From: a virus
Lineage: Duplodnaviria; Heunggongvirae; Uroviricota; Caudoviricetes
Virus record (IMG/VR): IMGVR_UViG_2713896901_000003
Coordinates: 1 to 9,599 of that record
Length of the DNA: 9,599 bases
Direction: 5' to 3' (one strand)
Below are positions 5,120-9,599 of the stretch, piece after piece. The translations under genes and the position numbers were made by a program. Position 1 is the first letter of the stretch; every line of letters begins with the position of its first letter. Below the pieces are notes generated by a model. The model was not told the DNA's origin, made no database searches, and saw nothing but the letters and a program-made list of their open reading frames with translations.

Positions 5120-5326
5120 GTGAAAGCAAGAGAGATTCGCAAACTCGAACGCGCTCGTAAGCACAAAGAGGCGACAGCAAAACGTAAAAATATTGACCGT
5201 GTTTCAATGGTGGTTTCGCTAGCAGGAGCGAATAGGAAGAAGGTTGAATGTGGTTCGTGCTGCCTGCCAAACGTAGCTCTTTACGCAGCAGGCTACCGGA
5301 AATCAAAACAACTGACAGCAAGATGA
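5120..5326 (+). CDS. N: Short 68-aa N-like transcription antiterminator
   Basis: It is the first gene downstream of pL and nutL. It uses a GTG start with a GGAGGT ribosome-binding site. The N-terminus MKAREIRKLERARKHKEATAKRKN is an arginine-rich motif. From memory, the C-terminus CLPNVALYAAGYRKSKQLTAR matches the C-terminus of the N proteins of the H-19B/933W phage group. Confidence 0.6.
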   Translation: MKAREIRKLERARKHKEATAKRKNIDRVSMVVSLAGANRKKVECGSCCLPNVALYAAGYRKSKQLTAR

Positions 5327-5387
5327 CTTGTGTTGGTCGCCAGAAAATGAAATTAGGCAGCAAACCACTTATTTGAGAGGAATTAAT

Positions 5388-6011
5388 ATGTCATCAATCC
5401 GCTTAACTACGAGAATGAAAGAGGAAATCGCTCGTAACGCTTTAATTAAGTCTGGGGTTTTCACTGAACTTGAAGAAGTAACAAAGTTAAAGAACCAGCT
5501 TGCACTTGACGCCAGAGTTATTGCGTTTGGCGGAAAAAAGAAAACTGAGGAAGTGGACAAGCTGGCATCAAACTTAATGGCTATAAGTGAAGAACTTCAA
5601 AAGGTGGGATGTTCATTTTACTCATGCGATGTTCGTTCTACATCAATTTATCTGACTGTATCTGGCAGAAGGGTGGGATGGCATTCATATGGGAAAGACG
5701 GCAACGGTGAAGATATATTGCTTCCCACCCCAGAAAAAGATAAATGCATGTTTGATGCAGAACACGAAATAACAAAAAGGTTTGATGAAATCTGCGCATT
5801 GCAACAAAAACTTGAATCCAGGAAAAAGGATATCGAATCAAATGTATGGGCTGCTTTGAACTCAGTCACAACAGTTAAGCGACTTATTGAAGTTTGGCCT
5901 GAAAGCAAAGAATTGCTACCAAAAGAAGCAGATAAAGCAAGTGCAGCACTTCCTGCTTTACGGGTAGAAGATTTGAATAAGATGATTGGACTTCCTTCCG
6001 AGGCCGCATAA
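5388..6011 (+). CDS. Hypothetical 207-aa protein: moron A, non-lambda, in the N-cIII accessory slot
   Basis: Ribosome-binding site AGAGGAATTAATATG. No TM segment. About 38 % GC. The gene is immediately followed by its own intrinsic terminator. I do not recognise the protein. It occupies the position of lambda sieB/ral. Confidence 0.7.
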   Translation: MSSIRLTTRMKEEIARNALIKSGVFTELEEVTKLKNQLALDARVIAFGGKKKTEEVDKLASNLMAISEELQKVGCSFYSCDVRSTSIYLTVSGRRVGWHSYGKDGNGEDILLPTPEKDKCMFDAEHEITKRFDEICALQQKLESRKKDIESNVWAALNSVTTVKRLIEVWPESKELLPKEADKASAALPALRVEDLNKMIGLPSEAA

Positions 6012-6028
6012 TCGGCCTTTATTTTTGG
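6001..6028 (+). terminator. Intrinsic terminator overlapping the moron A stop codon
   Basis: Stem AGGCCG (6001-6006), loop CATAAT (containing the TAA stop), stem CGGCCT (6013-6018), then TTATTTTTGG. Confidence 0.7.
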
Positions 6029-6074
6029 CATAAACAACAGAATAAACACTGCACTGAATTATTTGAGGTTAGAT

Positions 6075-6545
6075 ATGACAAAATCATGGAGCGTACCTTT
6101 TCCTGAATCAGAAACTGAACATGAGGGAATGCCTGTTTTCTGGAGATTCCAGGCGACAGTTGAAGAAGATGGAATCAAAATATTCGCACTTCAATATATA
6201 GCTTTTCATCAGACAGAGCATTATGCATGGTTGGTTCCTGCGCATTGGATTGTTAATTTTAAACCAGCACCAAATCAGTGGTTACAGGAATGGAAACAAA
6301 GGAGAAATAGATATGCAATTAAGAAAGTAGCAAAAAATGCAGAAAGATCTTTTGCATTCCCAACGAAGAAACTTGCCATTGAAAGTTTATTGCGCCGGAA
6401 GAAATACCATTTAATGAGAATCAAACAAGATTTGGCTGTTGTATCAACTCTTGTTGATGGGATGAAGAATATTGATACATCAACACCAGATATTGAATAT
6501 AACTTTGGACACAACCAAGAAACAGAAAATTGGGTGTTTTATTAG
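6075..6545 (+). CDS. Hypothetical 156-aa Trp-rich protein: moron B, non-lambda
   Basis: Ribosome-binding site GAGGT 5 nt before the ATG at 6075. The ORF track uses a TTG at 6063. Seven Trp residues and a basic central region, KQRRNRYAIKKVAKNAERS. I do not recognise the protein. Confidence 0.65.
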   Translation: MTKSWSVPFPESETEHEGMPVFWRFQATVEEDGIKIFALQYIAFHQTEHYAWLVPAHWIVNFKPAPNQWLQEWKQRRNRYAIKKVAKNAERSFAFPTKKLAIESLLRRKKYHLMRIKQDLAVVSTLVDGMKNIDTSTPDIEYNFGHNQETENWVFY

Positions 6546-6649
6546 TACGAATAAGCACTGTGTATTCATTCCAACGAGTGAATACACGGAGCAATGTCGC
6601 TCGTAACTAAACAGGAGCCGACTTGTTCTGATTATTGGAAATCTTCTTT

Positions 6650-6676
6650 GCCCTCTAATGTGAGGGCGATTTTTTA
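6650..6676 (+). terminator. Intrinsic terminator between moron B and the ea10-like gene
   Basis: Stem GCCCTC (6650-6655), loop TAATGT, stem GAGGGC (6662-6667), then GATTTTTTAT. Confidence 0.65.
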
Positions 6677-6695
6677 TCTATGAGGATATGAATAG

Positions 6696-7064
6696 ATGTC
6701 AAACATCAAAAAATACATCATTGATTGCGACTGGAAAGCATCAATAGAAATTGAAATCGACCATGACGTAATGACAGAGGAAAAACTTCACCAGATTAAT
6801 AATTTCTGGTCAGACTCTGAATACCGACTCAATAAACACGGCTCTGTATTAAATGCTGTATTAATCATGCTGGCGCAACATGCTCTGCTTATAGCAATTT
6901 CAAGCGACTTAAATGCATATGGTGTTGTGTGTGAGTTCGACTGGAATGATGGAAATGGTCAGGAAGGATGGCCTCCAATGGATGGTAGCGAAGGAATAAG
7001 AATTACCGATATCGATACATCAGGAATATTTGATTCAGATGATATGACTATCAAAGCCGCCTGA
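6696..7064 (+). CDS. ea10: Highly acidic 122-aa protein in the lambda ea10 position, immediately upstream of cIII
   Basis: The length (369 nt, 122 aa) and the position relative to the lambda-identical cIII, kil and gam genes both match lambda ea10. The protein has a net charge of about -20. The assignment rests on position and size, not on recalled sequence. Confidence 0.55.
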   Translation: MSNIKKYIIDCDWKASIEIEIDHDVMTEEKLHQINNFWSDSEYRLNKHGSVLNAVLIMLAQHALLIAISSDLNAYGVVCEFDWNDGNGQEGWPPMDGSEGIRITDIDTSGIFDSDDMTIKAA

Positions 7065-7088
7065 GCGCTGCGTTACCGCATACCAATA

Positions 7089-7115
7089 ACGCTTCACTCG
7101 AGGCGTTTTTCGTTA
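7089..7115 (+). terminator. Terminator-like hairpin upstream of cIII, in the lambda tL2/tL3 region
   Basis: Stem ACGCTTC (7089-7095), loop ACTC, stem GAGGCGT (7100-7106) with one G-U pair, then TTTTCGTT. Confidence 0.4.
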
Positions 7116-7136
7116 TGTATAAATAAGGAGCACACC

Positions 7137-7301
7137 ATGCAATATGCCATTGCAGGGTGGCCTGTTGCTGGCTGCCCTTCCGAATCTTTACTTGAACGAA
7201 TCACCCGTAAATTACGTGACGGATGGAAACGCCTTATCGACATACTTAATCAGCCAGGAGTCCCAAAAAATGGATCAAACACTTATGGCTATCCAGACTA
7301 A
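7137..7301 (+). CDS. cIII: CIII, the FtsH inhibitor that stabilises CII
   Basis: Translates to [54 protein letters not shown], which is identical to lambda CIII by recollection. Ribosome-binding site AAGGAG. Confidence 0.9.
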   Translation: MQYAIAGWPVAGCPSESLLERITRKLRDGWKRLIDILNQPGVPKNGSNTYGYPD

Positions 7302-7413
7302 ATTCACTATCGCCACTTTTATTGGCGATGAAAAGATGTTTCGTGAGGCCGTCGACGCTTATAAAAAATGGATATTAATACTGAAACTGAGATCAAGCAA
7401 AAGCATTCACTAA
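7270..7413 (+). CDS. kil: Kil, the host-killing and FtsZ-inhibiting peptide
   Basis: [47 protein letters not shown] matches lambda Kil (47 aa). It overlaps the cIII 3' end and the gam 5' end, as in lambda. The ORF track entry 7144..7413 is the same frame extended spuriously upstream. Confidence 0.85.
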   Translation: MDQTLMAIQTKFTIATFIGDEKMFREAVDAYKKWILILKLRSSKSIH

Positions 7414-7784
7414 CCCACTTCCCTGTTTTCCTAATCAGCCCGGCATTTCGCGGGCGATATTTTCACAGCTATTTCAGGAGTTCAGCCATGAACGCTTATT
7501 ACATTCAGGATCGTCTTGAGGCTCAGAGCTGGACGCGTCACTACCAGCAGATCGCCCGTGAAGAGAAAGAGGCAGAACTGGCAGACGACATGGAAAAAGG
7601 CCTGCCCCAGCACCTGTTTGAATCGCTATGCATCGATCATTTGCAACGCCACGGGGCCAGCAAAAAAGCCATTACCCGTGCGTTTGATGACGATGTTGAG
7701 TTTCAGGAGCGCATGGCAGAACACATCCGGTACATGGTTGAAACCATTGCTCACCATCAGGTTGATATTGATTCAGAGGTATAA
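7368..7784 (+). CDS. gam: Gam, the RecBCD inhibitor
   Basis: 138-aa long form, identical or near-identical to lambda Gam. The functional short form GamS starts at the ATG at 7488-7490, which is preceded by an AGGAG ribosome-binding site. Confidence 0.9.
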   Translation: MDINTETEIKQKHSLTHFPVFLISPAFRGRYFHSYFRSSAMNAYYIQDRLEAQSWTRHYQQIAREEKEAELADDMEKGLPQHLFESLCIDHLQRHGASKKAITRAFDDDVEFQERMAEHIRYMVETIAHHQVDIDSEV

Positions 7785-7789
7785 AACGG

Positions 7790-8575
7790 ATGAGTACAGC
7801 ACTCGCAACGCTGGCAGGGAAGCTGGCTGAACGTGTCGGCATGGATTCTGTCGACCCACAGGAACTGATCACCACTCTTCGCCAGACGGCATTTAAAGGT
7901 GATGCCAGCGATGCGCAGTTCATCGCATTGCTGATCGTCGCCAACCAGTACGGCCTTAATCCGTGGACGAAAGAAATTTACGCCTTCCCTGACAAGCAGA
8001 ACGGCATCGTTCCGGTGGTGGGCGTTGATGGCTGGTCCCGCATCATCAATGAAAACCAGCAGTTTGATGGCATGGACTTTGAGCAGGACAATGAATCCTG
8101 TACATGCCGGATTTACCGCAAAGACCGTAATCATCCGATCTGCGTTACCGAATGGATGGATGAATGCCGCCGCGAACCATTCAAAACCCGCGAAGGCAGA
8201 GAAATCACCGGACCGTGGCAGTCGCATCCCAAACGGATGTTACGGCATAAAGCCATGATTCAGTGTGCCCGTCTGGCCTTCGGATTTGCTGGTATCTATG
8301 ACAAGGATGAAGCCGAGCGCATTGTCGAAAATACCGCATACACTGCAGAACGTCAGCCGGAACGCGACATCACTCCGGTTAACGATGAAACCATGCAGGA
8401 GATTAACACTCTGCTGATTGCCCTGGACAAAACATGGGATGACGACTTATTGCCGCTCTGTTCCCAGATATTTCGCCGCGACATTCGCGCATCGTCAGAA
8501 CTGACACAGGCCGAAGCAGTGAAAGCTCTTGGATTCCTGAAACAGAAAGCCTCTGAACAGAAGGTGGCTGCATGA
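7790..8575 (+). CDS. bet: Bet, the Red-beta single-strand annealing protein
   Basis: 261 aa, [72 protein letters not shown]..., lambda Bet by recollection. Confidence 0.95.
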   Translation: MSTALATLAGKLAERVGMDSVDPQELITTLRQTAFKGDASDAQFIALLIVANQYGLNPWTKEIYAFPDKQNGIVPVVGVDGWSRIINENQQFDGMDFEQDNESCTCRIYRKDRNHPICVTEWMDECRREPFKTREGREITGPWQSHPKRMLRHKAMIQCARLAFGFAGIYDKDEAERIVENTAYTAERQPERDITPVNDETMQEINTLLIALDKTWDDDLLPLCSQIFRRDIRASSELTQAEAVKALGFLKQKASEQKVAA

Positions 8576-9252
8576 CACCGGACATTATCCTGCAGCGTAC
8601 CGGGATCGACGTGAGAGCTGTCGAACAGGGGGATGATGCGTGGCACAAATTACGGCTCGGCGTCATTACAGCTTCAGAAGTTCACAACGTGATAGCAAAA
8701 CCCCGATCCGGAAAGAAATGGCCTGACATGAAAATGTCCTACTTCCACACCCTGCTTGCTGAGGTTTGCACCGGTGTGGCTCCGGAAGTTAATGCTAAGG
8801 CGCTGGCCTGGGGAAAACAGTACGAGAACGACGCCAGAACCCTGTTTGAATTCACTTCCGGCGTGAATGTTACTGAATCCCCGATCATCTATCGCGACGA
8901 AAGTATGCGCACCGCCTGCTCTCCCGATGGTTTATGCAGTGACGGCAATGGCCTTGAGCTGAAATGCCCGTTTACCTCCCGGGATTTCATGAAGTTCCGG
9001 CTCGGTGGTTTCGAGGCCATAAAGTCGGCTTACATGGCCCAGGTGCAGTACAGCATGTGGGTGACGCGAAAAGATGCCTGGTACTTTGCCAACTATGACC
9101 CGCGAATGAAGCGTGAAGGCCTGCATTATGTCGTGGTTGAGCGGGATGAAAAGTACATAGCGAGTTTTGACGAGATGGTGCCGGAGTTCATCGAAAAAAT
9201 GGACGAGGCACTAGCTGAAATTGGTTTTGTATTTGGGGAGCAATGGCGATGA
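8572..9252 (+). CDS. exo: Exo, the Red-alpha 5'-3' exonuclease
   Basis: 226 aa, [43 protein letters not shown]..., lambda Exo. It overlaps the bet stop through an ATGA overlap. Confidence 0.95.
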   Translation: MTPDIILQRTGIDVRAVEQGDDAWHKLRLGVITASEVHNVIAKPRSGKKWPDMKMSYFHTLLAEVCTGVAPEVNAKALAWGKQYENDARTLFEFTSGVNVTESPIIYRDESMRTACSPDGLCSDGNGLELKCPFTSRDFMKFRLGGFEAIKSAYMAQVQYSMWVTRKDAWYFANYDPRMKREGLHYVVVERDEKYIASFDEMVPEFIEKMDEALAEIGFVFGEQWR

Positions 9253-9431
9253 AGCATCCTCACGATAATATCCGGGTAGGCGCGATAACTTTCGTCTACT
9301 CCGTTACAAAGCGAGGCTGGGTATTTCCCGGCCTTTCTGTTATCCGAAATCCACTGAAAGCACAGCGGCTGGCTGAAGAGATAAATAATAAACGAGGGAC
9401 TGTATGCACAAAGCATCTCCTGTTGAATTAA
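9243..9431 (+). CDS. Lambda orf61-like small protein
   Basis: 62 aa, [52 protein letters not shown]..., in the position immediately after exo, as for lambda orf61. Confidence 0.65.
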   Translation: MAMKHPHDNIRVGAITFVYSVTKRGWVFPGLSVIRNPLKAQRLAEEINNKRGTVCTKHLLLN

Positions 9432-9595
9432 GAACGAGTATCGGGATGGCACATAGCCTCGCTCAAATTGGAGTCAGGTTTGTGCCAATACCAGTAGAAA
9501 CAGACGAAGAATTTCATACGTTAGCCACATCCCTTTCACAAAAGCTGGAAATGATGGCGGCGAAAGCAGAAGCAAACGAGAGAGACCCGGCATGA
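9404..9595 (+). CDS. Lambda orf63-like small protein
   Basis: 63 aa, [41 protein letters not shown]..., in the position of lambda orf63. A further ATG at 9592 (ATGACAAC) begins the next small ORF, orf60a-like, which is cut by the window end. Confidence 0.65.
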   Translation: MHKASPVELRTSIGMAHSLAQIGVRFVPIPVETDEEFHTLATSLSQKLEMMAAKAEANERDPA

Positions 9596-9599
9596 CAAC

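Noticed and set aside
5328-5387. N-terminal extension of moron A from a TTG at 5328 (MCWSPENEIRQQTTYLRGIN-)
   Set aside because: The extension overlaps the N stop and the fossil N C-terminus. A strong ribosome-binding site (AGAGGAA) precedes the internal ATG at 5388, so the TTG start is most likely an ORF-caller artefact.
5100-6049. Minus-strand ORFs 5100..5363, 5369..5560, 5638..5841 and 5648..6049 in the N / moron A region
   Set aside because: They oppose the early-left transcription direction set by pL and nutL. They are overlapped by plus-strand genes that have ribosome-binding sites and terminators. No signals support them.
6275-6514. 79-aa minus-strand ORF inside moron B
   Set aside because: It is antisense to a plus-strand gene with a ribosome-binding site, and it would be expressed against the pL operon direction. 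It is a shadow ORF.
7144-7269. Upstream extension of the kil frame (MPLQGGLLLAALPNLY…)
   Set aside because: This stretch is the cIII coding sequence read in another frame. Lambda Kil starts at the internal MDQTLMAIQ methionine (7270).
7516-9452. Overlapping ORFs 7516..7830(+), 7672..7944(-), 7757..8227(-), 8025..8258(+), 8353..8646(-), 8403..8666(-), 8932..9126(-) and 9126..9452(-)
   Set aside because: All lie within gam, bet, exo, orf61 and orf63 sequences that match lambda and have a single established coding frame. They are alternative-frame or antisense artefacts of GC-balanced coding DNA.
1-9599. Search for tRNA genes, CRISPR repeats, an integrase or attachment site, or IS elements
   Set aside because: No cloverleaf-compatible tRNA-like sequence was found. 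No regularly spaced short direct repeats with unique spacers were found; the only direct-repeat array is the ori iteron set. No terminal inverted repeats with a transposase ORF were found. The window is entirely phage early-region DNA.

Overview
The window is the early (immunity, replication and recombination) region of a mosaic lambdoid prophage or phage from an enterobacterium. It is reverse-complemented relative to the conventional lambda map.

Gene order, left to right:
- start of a ninB-like gene (minus strand, truncated by the window edge)
- a tR2-like terminator
- an 89-aa ORF in the ren position
- a phage-encoded DnaB-family helicase
- a replication initiator with lambda-O-like role, carrying ori iterons inside its coding sequence
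- a 48-aa ORF built on the lambda O ribosome-binding site and first codons
- an OOP antisense RNA
- cII
- nutR
- cro
- the oR, pR and pRM region
- cI on the plus strand
- a very AT-rich 98-aa gene for a single-pass membrane protein in the rexAB slot
- a bidirectional tImm-like terminator
- oL and pL
- nutL
- a short 68-aa N antiterminator
- two unrecognised moron genes of 207 and 155 aa, the first directly followed by its own intrinsic terminator, the second by a strong hairpin and then a terminator about 105 nt downstream
- a lambda-identical block: ea10-like gene, cIII, kil, gam, bet, exo, orf61, orf63 and the start of orf60a

The lambda Red and cIII/kil block is essentially lambda by recollection. 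The immunity specificity is not lambda: the operators are ATAAC-N4-GTTAT. Replication uses a P22-type O-like initiator plus its own helicase rather than lambda O and P.

Two recombination scars are readable directly:
- a fossil lambda/21-type N C-terminus sits out of frame at the N stop
- the lambda O translation start is fused to a short novel ORF ahead of the foreign O-like gene

The best candidates for undescribed accessory or defence-related cargo are the membrane-protein moron cotranscribed with cI, and the two-gene moron cluster between N and ea10 that occupies lambda's sieB/ral position.

No tRNA, rRNA, CRISPR array or transposable element is evident.
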